This document shows, piece after piece, positions 18,613-27,285 of a stretch of 64,000 bases of DNA. Where the stretch lies: NCBI GenBank assembly GCA_028820935.1, contig JAPPHZ010000021.1:6755-70754 (forward strand), given 5' to 3'. This DNA comes from a bacterium (lineage in GTDB: Bacteria > Actinomycetota > Acidimicrobiia > Spongiisociales > Spongiisociaceae). The stretch's first letter is position 1. Every line of letters begins with the position of its first letter. The notes under the pieces were generated by a model. That model worked only from the letters and a program-made list of their open reading frames with translations. It was not told where the DNA came from and ran no database searches. Made by a program: the position numbers and the translations under genes.

Positions 18613-18705
18613 CTGCCGTCCGGGAGTGGCGGTTCCGGACATCACGGCCGGCGGCTGTCGGGTCGATCCAGTACACGGCGCCGCGCGCTACCACGGCGCA
18701 GATCG

Positions 18706-18882
18706 CTACATCCGCTCGGCTGTGGCGAGCGCGGCGTCGGCCACGAGCTGTTGGGCGAAGGTAGTAGTCGTCTGCGCCGAGTGGCGGCGGAGCTGATCGG
18801 TCACCCACCTCGAGAACGGAACGCCGAGGCTGTCGATGATCGGCACAACGCCGTCAGGCACGCTGATCGTCTTGTCCGGCAC
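18706..18882 (-). CDS. Small (58 aa) ribbon-helix-helix-like protein, not in the ORF track (below its length cut-off)
   Basis: Hand translation from GTG gives MPDKTISVPDGVVPIIDSLGVPFSRWVTDQLRRHSAQTTTTFAQQLVADAALATAERM. The strand-then-helix pattern is typical of CopG/Arc/antitoxin RHH proteins. A TGA lies immediately upstream in frame. Confidence 0.35.
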   Translation of the reverse strand: MPDKTISVPDGVVPIIDSLGVPFSRWVTDQLRRHSAQTTTTFAQQLVADAALATAERM

Positions 18883-18951
18883 GTACGTAATCTGTCATGC
18901 AGCCGGGAGCCGGACCGGGCGAGCGGCAGGAGTGGTGGTAGTTTCCTATGA

Positions 18952-19896
18952 TTGGCCCGAGCGCCAATCGACTGGGCGGCTTTCAGGCCGGCCACCCGCG
19001 AGAGGATACGGAACTTGGCTCTGACTGCCGGCTTGACCACCGCCATGATCACCCCTTTTGCCGGCGACGGGTCGGTCGACTACGGCCGGATGGCCCGGCT
19101 GGCGGCCCACCTGGTGGAGAACGGGCACGACGGCCTGCTGGTAACCGGAACCACCGGCGAGTCGCCCACCTTGACCGATGCGGAGAAGCTGGCCCTGTAC
19201 TCGACCGTGCTGGAGGCTGTCGGAGGCAGGGCGGTGGTGATCGCCGGAACCGGTACCTACGACACCCGGCACTCGGTCGAGATGTCCAAGAAGGCGGCCG
19301 ATGTCGGGGTCGACGGCCTGATGGCGGTTACCCCCTACTACTCGAGGCCCAGCCAGGCAGGTCTTCTGGCCCACTTCCTCGCCATCGCCGACGCCACCGA
19401 TCTTCCGGTCATGATTTACAACATCCCCAGCCGCACCGCCCGGTTGATCGAGGCGGAGACCCTCGCCGAGATGGCGCAGCATCCCAACATCGCCGCTACC
19501 AAGGACGCGGTGGGCGACCTCGAGTACACGAAGGCCAGCATGGAGCTGCTGCCGGATGATTTCATGGTGCTCTCGGGGGATGACTCGGCCACCCTGCCGA
19601 TGATGGAGTTGGGTGGTCAGGGCGTGGTCTCGGTGGCAGGCCACCTGGCCGGCCGGCAGATCAAGCGGATGGTCGAGGCCCACCGGGCGGGTGACGCCCC
19701 CGAGGCGTGGCGCCTCCACGACGGGCTGATGCCCCTGTTCGACGCCTGTTTCGTCGAGCCCAACCCGATGCCCACCAAAGCTGGGCTGAACGCCCTCTGG
19801 GAGCCGGTCGGGGATCCGAGGCTGCCGCTGGTCCCGGCGTCACCCGAGACCCGTGACATGGTGGTTGCCGCAGTAGGCCGAGCGCAGAGGTTGTGA
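18952..19896 (+). CDS. dapA: 4-hydroxy-tetrahydrodipicolinate synthase
   Basis: It contains TAMITPF...VTGTTGESPTLTDAEK. The start is uncertain; an in-frame TTG at 19015 with a GAGAGGA SD is an alternative. Confidence 0.9.
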   Translation: MARAPIDWAAFRPATRERIRNLALTAGLTTAMITPFAGDGSVDYGRMARLAAHLVENGHDGLLVTGTTGESPTLTDAEKLALYSTVLEAVGGRAVVIAGTGTYDTRHSVEMSKKAADVGVDGLMAVTPYYSRPSQAGLLAHFLAIADATDLPVMIYNIPSRTARLIEAETLAEMAQHPNIAATKDAVGDLEYTKASMELLPDDFMVLSGDDSATLPMMELGGQGVVSVAGHLAGRQIKRMVEAHRAGDAPEAWRLHDGLMPLFDACFVEPNPMPTKAGLNALWEPVGDPRLPLVPASPETRDMVVAAVGRAQRL

Positions 19897-21524
19897 GCGT
19901 CCGGGTCACGTTCCTGGGGGGTCTGGGCGAGATTGGCCGCAACTGCGCCGCGGTCGAGATCGACGGTCAGATCGCGCTGGTCGACTGCGGCCTGATGTTT
20001 CCCGAAGAGCACATGCGGGGCGTGGATCTCGTCCTCCCGGACTGGAGGTGGCTGGTCGAGCGCCGGGAGGACGTCCGCTGCGTGGTGCTGACCCACGGCC
20101 ACGAGGACCATATGGGCGGCCTCGGCTACTTCCTCTCGGAGCTGCCGGTCCCGGTCTTCGGCACCGAGCTGTCCCTGGCCATCGCGGCCGGGCGGGTGGA
20201 CGAGATGGGAGTGGAGAAGGATTTCCGCCCCACCCCGGACGGCCAATGGGTCACCGACGGGCCGTTCAGGTTCCAGTTGATCCCGGTTTCCCACTCGGTG
20301 CCCCAGGGGAGCGGGGTGGTGTTCGATACGCCCGAGGGTCTCGTCCTCCACACCGGAGACTTCAAGCTGGACCCGACGCCGATCGACGGGCGCCGCGCCG
20401 ACCTTCCCACCTTCGGGCGGTTCGGGAATCAGGGTATTCGTCTCCTGCTGTCGGACTCCACCAACGCCGAGAGGGCCGGATTCGTGCCCTCCGAGAAGTC
20501 CCTCGAGTCCCCCATCCTCTCCATCGTCGAGCAGGCCCCGGGACGGGTCATCAGCACCTGTTTCTCCAGCCACCTGCATCGGGTTCAGCAACTGTCGGAT
20601 GCCGGCCTGTCCGCCGGTCGCTACCTGAGCTTCATCGGCAGGTCCATGGAGCGCAACGTCACGATCGGGAGGGATCTGGGCGTTCTCCACATCTCCGAGG
20701 ATCGGGTGATCGGGATCAGCGAGGCGATGGACCTGCCGGCCGATGAGGTGATGATCATCACCACCGGTTCGCAGGGGGAGCCCTTCGCCGCGCTGTCGCT
20801 GATGGCCGTGGGACGGCACCGCTTCGTCACCCTGAACAAGACCGACACGGTCCTCATCTCGGCGACGCCGGTGCCGGGCAACGAGACCGCCGTCTCCAGG
20901 GTCATCTCCGACATGATCCGGAGGGGCGCCAAGGTCTTTCACGGCGGGAACGCCAACGTGCACGTGTCCGGTCACGCCTCGTCCGAGGAGCTCAAGACGT
21001 TCATCAACCTGATCCGGCCCGATGCCTTCGTGCCCATTCACGGCGAATACCGCCACCTGCGCGCGCACGCCGACCTAGCCATCGACATGGGTGTCCCGGA
21101 CGTGCTGGTGCTGGAGGACGGCGATGCCGTGGTCCTGGACGGCCAAACCACCCGGGTGGAACGCGGCGTGGTCGACGCGGGCTACGTGTATGTGGACGGC
21201 TCGGGAGTGGGGGACATCCAGCAGGGTCTCCTACGAGAGCGGGCCCGGCTCAGCGATGACGGGGTACTGGTGGTGGTGCTCCTCCTCGACGGGGAGGGGG
21301 AGGAGCTCGTGAGGGTCCCGCAAGTGATGAGTTACGGGCTGATGACCGAGCCCTTGCGCTTGATGGACGACGTGGCCGAGGCGGTGATGTCCGCCGCCGA
21401 CCGGGATCCTGCGCGGTTCTTCCGGGATGTCGACACCGCCGTCCGCCACGCGGCGCGCCGCGTGATCAGGAACGAGATCCGCCGCAAACCGGTGGTAGTG
21501 CCGGTGATCACCTACCTCGATTAG
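19893..21524 (+). CDS. rnj: Ribonuclease J (metallo-beta-lactamase / beta-CASP)
   Basis: A GTG start overlaps the dapA stop. THGHEDHMGG (HxHxDH) is present. The length and position between dapA and ftsK match other actinobacteria. Confidence 0.9.
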   Translation: MSVRVTFLGGLGEIGRNCAAVEIDGQIALVDCGLMFPEEHMRGVDLVLPDWRWLVERREDVRCVVLTHGHEDHMGGLGYFLSELPVPVFGTELSLAIAAGRVDEMGVEKDFRPTPDGQWVTDGPFRFQLIPVSHSVPQGSGVVFDTPEGLVLHTGDFKLDPTPIDGRRADLPTFGRFGNQGIRLLLSDSTNAERAGFVPSEKSLESPILSIVEQAPGRVISTCFSSHLHRVQQLSDAGLSAGRYLSFIGRSMERNVTIGRDLGVLHISEDRVIGISEAMDLPADEVMIITTGSQGEPFAALSLMAVGRHRFVTLNKTDTVLISATPVPGNETAVSRVISDMIRRGAKVFHGGNANVHVSGHASSEELKTFINLIRPDAFVPIHGEYRHLRAHADLAIDMGVPDVLVLEDGDAVVLDGQTTRVERGVVDAGYVYVDGSGVGDIQQGLLRERARLSDDGVLVVVLLLDGEGEELVRVPQVMSYGLMTEPLRLMDDVAEAVMSAADRDPARFFRDVDTAVRHAARRVIRNEIRRKPVVVPVITYLD

Positions 21525-21605
21525 TTGCTAGCTGCTAGTTGCTAGTTTATGTTGAACTACAATGACGACTGACTGCCTACTGCCGACTACCTACTACCGA
21601 CCACC
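21522..21605 (+). repeat. 12-unit heptanucleotide tandem array starting at the rnj TAG stop codon
   Basis: The units are tagttgc tagctgc tagttgc tagttta tgttgaa ctacaat gacgact gactgcc tactgcc gactacc tactacc gaccacc. TAG occurs at 21522, 21529, 21536 and 21543, so all three frames are covered. The second half is the related heptad in inverted orientation. Confidence 0.6.
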
Positions 21606-21662
21606 GGTCCTCGTCCGATAGCCGTCGGCATAGCCTCAGGTTGGTGTAGTCTGGTCGGCTAC

Positions 21663-24134
21663 ATGGCCAAGGCGACATCCACCCGTGGGGACACGGGGCG
21701 GAGACGGGTGTCACAGGTACATGCGAATCGCAAGAAGACGGAGCCGCGCGGGTCGCGCTCCGCACCGCGCGGGGGCGCCGCCCCCCGCCGGGCATCCGTG
21801 TCCAAGTCGGGCAAGCCTCAAACGTCCGGCCGGTCCAAGCGGGCTGCTCAGGGCCGGCGCGCCGAGCCCCGCGAGTCGATCTTCTCCCTGCTCTACGAGC
21901 GCCTCCGCTTCGGGATCGGACGCCAGGCCCACCACCTGATCGGCCTCGGGCTGGCCCTGGCCGGCGTGGTGGTGGCCCTCGCCTTCTTCCAGGCCGCCGG
22001 TCCGCTGGGCCGGCACATGCTGGATGGCCTGCGCTTGTTGCTGGGCATATGGGTTTACCTGTCGCCGTTGGTCCTCGTGGGGCTGGGAGGCACTCTCCTG
22101 CTCGGCCGTTCTGCCGATGGCCACCGCAGGATCCTCTTCGGGGTGCTCGTCTGGCTGGTGGGGTCGGTGGGGCTGTTCCACCTCATGACCGGCAATCCGG
22201 CCCTGGCCGGCGGGACCGAAGGCGTGAAGCAGTCGGGAGGGGTAGTCGGGTCGCTGATTGCCTTCCCGCTGGAGCGGACGCTCGGGTTCTGGGGTGCGTT
22301 CGTGGTGCTCGTGACGGCGCTGTCCGGGGGTGTCATGATCACCATGCGGGCCTCCATCGTCGAGGTCCTGGTGGCGGCGGGTGAGCTGAGCGTCTACACC
22401 GTGAGGGTGGTTCGAGCACGGCTGGGCGCCGCTTGTCGGCGTGTTGCGGGCATCGCCGGCGGGCGGGACGAACGCCGCGGAGCCCAGCCCTACGAGGTGT
22501 CGAGACCCCGGCGGCCGCACCGTCCGCCGCAGCGCGCTCCCGTGGACGTCCCCGGGTCGGAAGAGGCCGTCAAGGTTCCCAAGCGTCCCGATCAGCGCAC
22601 CTCGAAGGCCGGTAAGGCGAAGGCAGCCGGGCAGCGCAAAGCATCGAAGAAGCCGGCCCCGGCCGCGACTCCTTCGGATACGGACGGGTACCGGTTGCCT
22701 CCTCTCAAGCTGCTGGACACCCCCAGAGCCGAGCAGCAGAGCGGGAGGATGGTCCAGGAGACCGCCCGCCAGCTCGAAGCCACGCTCAACGACCACGAGG
22801 TCAACGCCCGGCTCACGAACGTGGTGTCGGGGCCGACCGTGACCCGCTACGAGATCGAGCTCGCCGCCGGGGTAAAGGTCGCTCGGGTCACCAACCTGGC
22901 CGGCGACATCGCCTACGCGCTCGCGACCCCTGACGTGCGGCTCCTGGCGCCCATTCCGGGCCGTTCGGCGATCGGGGTGGAGGTTCCCAACAAGCGCCGC
23001 CGCCTGGTCACGCTCGGCCATGTGCTGAGCTCGGAGGAGTCGGCCGCCAACCACCATCCGCTGGCGGTCGGTCTGGGGGAGGACATCTCAGGGCGTCCCG
23101 TCATGGTCAACCTGGCCGAGTTGCCCCATCTGCTCATCGCCGGCGCGACCGGCGCCGGCAAGTCCTCGTGTATCAACTCGATCGTGACGTCCATCCTGAT
23201 GAGGGCCAGGCCGGAGGATGTCCGGTTGATCATGGTCGACCCCAAGCGGGTGGAACTCGGCCAGTACAACGGGGTCCCCCACCTGCTCACCCGGGTGATA
23301 ACCAAGCCGAAGAAGGCCTTGGAGGCCCTGCAGTGGGCGGTCGGAGAGATGGACCGGCGCTACGAGTTGCTTGCTGACAGCGGGGTACGGGACATCACGG
23401 GCTATCGGGAGAAGTACGACGCGGGAGGCCTGGATCCGGCCAAGTTCGATCGCTTCCCGTACTTGGTGGTGATCGTCGACGAACTCAACGACCTGATGAT
23501 GGTGGCGGGGCGCGATGTCGAGTCGGCCATTGTCCGCATCGCGCAGATGGCCCGGGCGGTCGGGATCCACCTGGTGATCGCCACCCAGCGGCCCTCGGTC
23601 AACGTGATCACCGGCGTGATCAAGGCCAACATCCCGAGCCGGTTCGCGTTCTCCGTGGCCTCTCAGGCCGACTCCCGGGTGATCATCGACGTGGTGGGCG
23701 CCGAGAAGCTGGTCGGGGTGGGGGACATGCTGGTCATCACCGCCCGCGAACCGCGCCCGCAGCGGGTGCAGGGAGCGTGGGTGAGCGAGGGTGAGGTTGC
23801 GGCCGTGGTCAAGTGGGTGCGGGACCAGAAGGCGGTCGAGTACCGGAAGATCGAGGAGGAAATCCGCCAATCCCGGAGCCAGGAGGCCGCCGCGGAGGAC
23901 GAGGGCGAGGATGCCGACCTGATCCGGCAGGCCACCGAACTCGTGGTGCGCTCGCAGCTGGGGTCCACCTCGATGTTGCAACGAAAGCTCCGGATCGGGT
24001 TCGCCCGGGCAGGGCGGATCATGGACATCCTCGAGACCAGAGGGATCGTCGGGCCCTCCGAGGGCTCCAAGGCCCGCGAAGTGCTGGTCACCATGGAGGA
24101 ACTCGAAGGGGAACGGGAAAAGGTGCCGGTCTGA
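21663..24134 (+). CDS. ftsK: DNA translocase FtsK/SpoIIIE
   Basis: 823 aa. It has a basic N-terminus, 4 TM segments, a Pro/Ala-rich linker, a motor domain with AGATGAGKS and DELND, and a C-terminal gamma wHTH domain. Confidence 0.95.
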   Translation: MAKATSTRGDTGRRRVSQVHANRKKTEPRGSRSAPRGGAAPRRASVSKSGKPQTSGRSKRAAQGRRAEPRESIFSLLYERLRFGIGRQAHHLIGLGLALAGVVVALAFFQAAGPLGRHMLDGLRLLLGIWVYLSPLVLVGLGGTLLLGRSADGHRRILFGVLVWLVGSVGLFHLMTGNPALAGGTEGVKQSGGVVGSLIAFPLERTLGFWGAFVVLVTALSGGVMITMRASIVEVLVAAGELSVYTVRVVRARLGAACRRVAGIAGGRDERRGAQPYEVSRPRRPHRPPQRAPVDVPGSEEAVKVPKRPDQRTSKAGKAKAAGQRKASKKPAPAATPSDTDGYRLPPLKLLDTPRAEQQSGRMVQETARQLEATLNDHEVNARLTNVVSGPTVTRYEIELAAGVKVARVTNLAGDIAYALATPDVRLLAPIPGRSAIGVEVPNKRRRLVTLGHVLSSEESAANHHPLAVGLGEDISGRPVMVNLAELPHLLIAGATGAGKSSCINSIVTSILMRARPEDVRLIMVDPKRVELGQYNGVPHLLTRVITKPKKALEALQWAVGEMDRRYELLADSGVRDITGYREKYDAGGLDPAKFDRFPYLVVIVDELNDLMMVAGRDVESAIVRIAQMARAVGIHLVIATQRPSVNVITGVIKANIPSRFAFSVASQADSRVIIDVVGAEKLVGVGDMLVITAREPRPQRVQGAWVSEGEVAAVVKWVRDQKAVEYRKIEEEIRQSRSQEAAAEDEGEDADLIRQATELVVRSQLGSTSMLQRKLRIGFARAGRIMDILETRGIVGPSEGSKAREVLVTMEELEGEREKVPV

Positions 24135-24207
24135 TCCGTCTCGCCTGCGGGTGACGGTTCCTATCAGGTGGGCTGGCGGACTACCCGGTTCGCGTACTAT
24201 TGACCCG

Positions 24208-25392
24208 ATGCCCTACGTGTTCGAGCTCCCCGATATCGGCGATGGCCTCACCGAGGCCGACATCGTCCGCTGGCACGTTCCCGTGGGCGGCCCGGTGGAG
24301 GCCGATCATGTTCTGGTCGAGGTCGAGACGGCCAAGGCGGTGGTGGAGATCCCGGCTCCCGCCGGTGGGACGGTCCTACACCACGGCGCCCGGGAAGGGG
24401 AAACCCTGGCGGTGGGGGCGGTCCTGGCGGTCATCGGCCGAGCCGGGGAGGCCTGGCCGGATGGGGATCAGCCCGGTGACGCCGAGACCGTTTCACGGCG
24501 GTCCACCGGCCCGGCCGGCGGCGGTCCGGGTGGCGGGCGGCCGGCGGGGGACGCCTCCGTCAAAGCATTGCCCGTGGTGCGGCGGCTGGCCCGGGAGCAC
24601 GGCATCGACCTGTCCTCCGTCCGGGGGACCGGGCCGGGCGGGAGGATCACCAGGGACGATGTGATGGCGGCCGTAGAAGGCGCGCCCCCGGAGGATGCCC
24701 CGGCGCCGGCCGCGGGTGAGCGGGTCCGCCTCTCGATGCTGCGCCGCACCATCGCCGCCAACATGACGGCTTCATGGCTCGAGATCCCCCACGTAACGGT
24801 CTTCCACGACATCGATGCCACCCGCCTCCTGGCGGCCCGGCAGGCGCTGGCGGCCCGCCATGGGCGGAGCATCCCGATGGAGGCCCTGGTGGTAAGGGCC
24901 CTCGTACCGGCTCTGAACGAGTTCCGGGCCTTCAACGCAACCCTGGAGGGTGATGAGCTGGTGCTCCATCCCTCCCTGGATGTGGGGATCGCCGTGGATA
25001 CCGATGAAGGCCTGCTGGTGCCGGTGGTCCGCGAGGCGGAGAAGCTGGGTGTCATGGATCTGGCGGCGACCATCGCCGACCTCGGTGTGAGGGGCAAGGC
25101 CCGGTCGCTCCGTCCGGGCGACCTGACCGGCGCCACCTTCACCCTTTCCAACATCGGAGCTCTGGGAGGGGCCAGGGGCACTCCCATCATTCCCAAGGGC
25201 ACCACCGCCATCCTCGTCATAGGTCGGGCCGCCGACACCCCGGTGGTCCGGGACGGCGCCGTGACGGTGGCGCCCGTGATGCCGCTGTCGCTGGGCTTCG
25301 ACCACCGGGTGATCGACGGAGGACTCGGGCAGCGCTTCCTCAACAGGCTGGTCGAGAACCTGGAGGAACCGGCCCCGTTCCTGGCCTACTAG
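24208..25392 (+). CDS. Dihydrolipoamide acyltransferase (E2) of a 2-oxoacid dehydrogenase complex
   Basis: The start is at MPYVFELPDIGDG. It has a lipoyl domain (VETAKAVVEIPAP), an E3/E1-binding domain and a catalytic DHRVIDG motif. Confidence 0.9.
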   Translation: MPYVFELPDIGDGLTEADIVRWHVPVGGPVEADHVLVEVETAKAVVEIPAPAGGTVLHHGAREGETLAVGAVLAVIGRAGEAWPDGDQPGDAETVSRRSTGPAGGGPGGGRPAGDASVKALPVVRRLAREHGIDLSSVRGTGPGGRITRDDVMAAVEGAPPEDAPAPAAGERVRLSMLRRTIAANMTASWLEIPHVTVFHDIDATRLLAARQALAARHGRSIPMEALVVRALVPALNEFRAFNATLEGDELVLHPSLDVGIAVDTDEGLLVPVVREAEKLGVMDLAATIADLGVRGKARSLRPGDLTGATFTLSNIGALGGARGTPIIPKGTTAILVIGRAADTPVVRDGAVTVAPVMPLSLGFDHRVIDGGLGQRFLNRLVENLEEPAPFLAY

Positions 25393-25395
25393 TCC

Positions 25396-26238
25396 TTGCG
25401 CAGCCCGGATGTGAGCGAGACCGTTGCCGATCCGGCGGTGGTGGACCGCCGCCACCGGTCACTGCCGGCCGTTCGCGAGGCCGAGCTGCCGAGCCGGGTC
25501 ATGACGATCTCGGGATGCGAGGGGCGGATCGAAGCCCGGACCCTATCGAAGGACATGTCCGGGCCGGCAACCCGTCTCGTCATGCTGAGCCGGGGATGGG
25601 GGTCGGGCGTGGTAGGGGCGTTCACCGCCGATGTCGAGCTGTTCGTCATACGCGGCGACCTGATGGTGGCGGGAGAGCGGGTGGGCCAGTACGACTACGC
25701 AGCTGTCCGATCGGGCGAGGTGATCCCCGGGATCCGGGCCCTCTCACCCACCCTGGCGCTGCTGATGACCTCGGCGCCGGTCCGGTACGACAGCTCGGCC
25801 GGCGGGATGCTGTCCAAGCCCCTGATCGGGTCGGCGAGCGGGTCTCCGTGGACGCCGGTCAGCGAGCTCCCGGGCCGGTTCATCCGCCCACTCGCCGATG
25901 GTCCCCACGGGCAGGTGTGGCTGGCAGGGGCCCGTTCCTGGTCCAACGAGGACGGTCCGTGGCACTCCCACGCCGGCGCGGAGGAGGTCTTCGTACTGGA
26001 CGGGGAGTTCACCATGGCCGAGCGCCTACCCGGCCATGACGTCGGCGAGATCCACGATTGGGAGGCGGGGACGTACACCTACCGGCTGCCGGGGCAGCTG
26101 CACGCCGGTCCGGGTTCGGGCTCATCGGAGCTGGCCCTCGCCTTCCACCGCGTGCAGGGCGAAAGAACCATCCGCTGGGAAATGCCGGATCGCAACGAGG
26201 ACGAAACCGGCCACTCTTCCGGCCCGCGCCCGTTCTAG
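25396..26238 (+). CDS. Cupin-domain protein (two cupin-like halves, ChrR-like)
   Basis: It contains WHSHAGAEEVFVLDGEF, a cupin metal motif. The start (TTG 25396) is uncertain. Confidence 0.55.
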   Translation: MRSPDVSETVADPAVVDRRHRSLPAVREAELPSRVMTISGCEGRIEARTLSKDMSGPATRLVMLSRGWGSGVVGAFTADVELFVIRGDLMVAGERVGQYDYAAVRSGEVIPGIRALSPTLALLMTSAPVRYDSSAGGMLSKPLIGSASGSPWTPVSELPGRFIRPLADGPHGQVWLAGARSWSNEDGPWHSHAGAEEVFVLDGEFTMAERLPGHDVGEIHDWEAGTYTYRLPGQLHAGPGSGSSELALAFHRVQGERTIRWEMPDRNEDETGHSSGPRPF

Positions 26239-26289
26239 TTTGTAGTCTGTAGTTTCTAGTCGATAGTCTTTATCAGCTACTATCAACTA
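26236..26289. repeat. Heptanucleotide array spanning the gap between two convergent TAG stop codons
   Basis: On the plus strand the units are tagtttg tagtctg tagtttc tagtcga tagtctt (TAG at 26236/43/50/57/64). On the minus strand, from the E1-beta stop, the units are tagttga tagtagc tgataaa. The centre can also fold (ctagtcgatagt / actatcaactag). Confidence 0.6.
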
Positions 26290-27285
26290 GCACAGACCCA
26301 TAGCCTCCCGGGCCGCCATCACGATCTCGTCGGGTCCCGGCACGACCGCCCGCTCCAGCGGGGGGCTGAACGGGATGGGCGCATGGGCGGCGCCCACCCG
26401 CACCGGGGCGGCTCGCAGCCGGTCGAAGGCTTCGGCGGTGATGGTGGCCGCCAACTCGGCGCCGAACCCGCCGAACTCCCAAGCCTCGTGCGCCACCACC
26501 ACCCGACCTGTCCTGAACACCGAGGACAGCACGGCGTCGAGGTCGAGCGGGACCAGCGACCTGAGGTCGATCAGCTCCGCCTCGATGCCCGTCTCGGCCA
26601 GCCGGGAGCAGGCCTTCTCGGCGTGGAGGGTCATCACCGAGTAGGTGACGATGGTCAGGTCCGCGCCCCGGCGGCGAACCGCGGCAGAGCCGAGCGGGAC
26701 CACATGATCCCCGGCCGGGACCGGTCCCCGCTTGGCCGTGATCCGCTTGTTCTCCAGGTAGACCACCGGGTCGTCATCCGCGATGGCCGCCCGAAGCAGG
26801 CCCCTGGCGTCGGCCGGGTTGGACGGGGCCACCACCTTCAGGCCGGGCAAGTGGGTGAACAGGCCTTCGAGGCTGGATGAGTGCTGGCCGGCCGATGAGC
26901 GGAGAACCCCGTCAGAGGCCCGGAGCACCAGCGGGACCGACACCTGCCCGCCGAACATGTAGCGGAACTTGGCCGCCTGGTTGACGATCTCGTCCATGGC
27001 CCCGAGCGTGAACTCGACGAAACTCATCGAGGCGACCGGGCGCAGTCCGGTCACCGCCGCCCCGACGCCGACCGCCATGATGATGGCCTCCGAAATGGGC
27101 ATGTCGATGACCCGGTCGGGTCCGAACTCGTCCAGCAGGCCCCGGAACTGCCCGAAGTTGCCGCCCCAACTGATGTCCTCTCCGAGCACCACGACGCGGT
27201 CGTCCTCTCGCATGGCGGACCTCATGGCGTCCACGGTCGCCTGGCCGAAGCTCATCCTTCGCGTTGTCCTGTCCGTCCGAGCCAT
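26287..27285 (-). CDS. 2-oxoacid (pyruvate/acetoin-type) dehydrogenase E1 beta subunit
   Basis: The start MARTDR... (ATG 27283-27285) overlaps the alpha-subunit stop (TGATG). An alternative start is MSFGQ at 27255. The transketolase-like pyrimidine-binding and C-terminal domains are present (VVVLGEDI...). Confidence 0.9.
   Translation of the reverse strand: MARTDRTTRRMSFGQATVDAMRSAMREDDRVVVLGEDISWGGNFGQFRGLLDEFGPDRVIDMPISEAIIMAVGVGAAVTGLRPVASMSFVEFTLGAMDEIVNQAAKFRYMFGGQVSVPLVLRASDGVLRSSAGQHSSSLEGLFTHLPGLKVVAPSNPADARGLLRAAIADDDPVVYLENKRITAKRGPVPAGDHVVPLGSAAVRRRGADLTIVTYSVMTLHAEKACSRLAETGIEAELIDLRSLVPLDLDAVLSSVFRTGRVVVAHEAWEFGGFGAELAATITAEAFDRLRAAPVRVGAAHAPIPFSPPLERAVVPGPDEIVMAAREAMGLC

Noticed and set aside
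18578-18808. 76-aa minus-strand ORF downstream of the RHH candidate, as a possible toxin partner
   Set aside because: It overlaps the dapB 3' end, is in a different frame with an Arg/Ala-rich translation, and has no PIN/RelE/MazF-like motifs.
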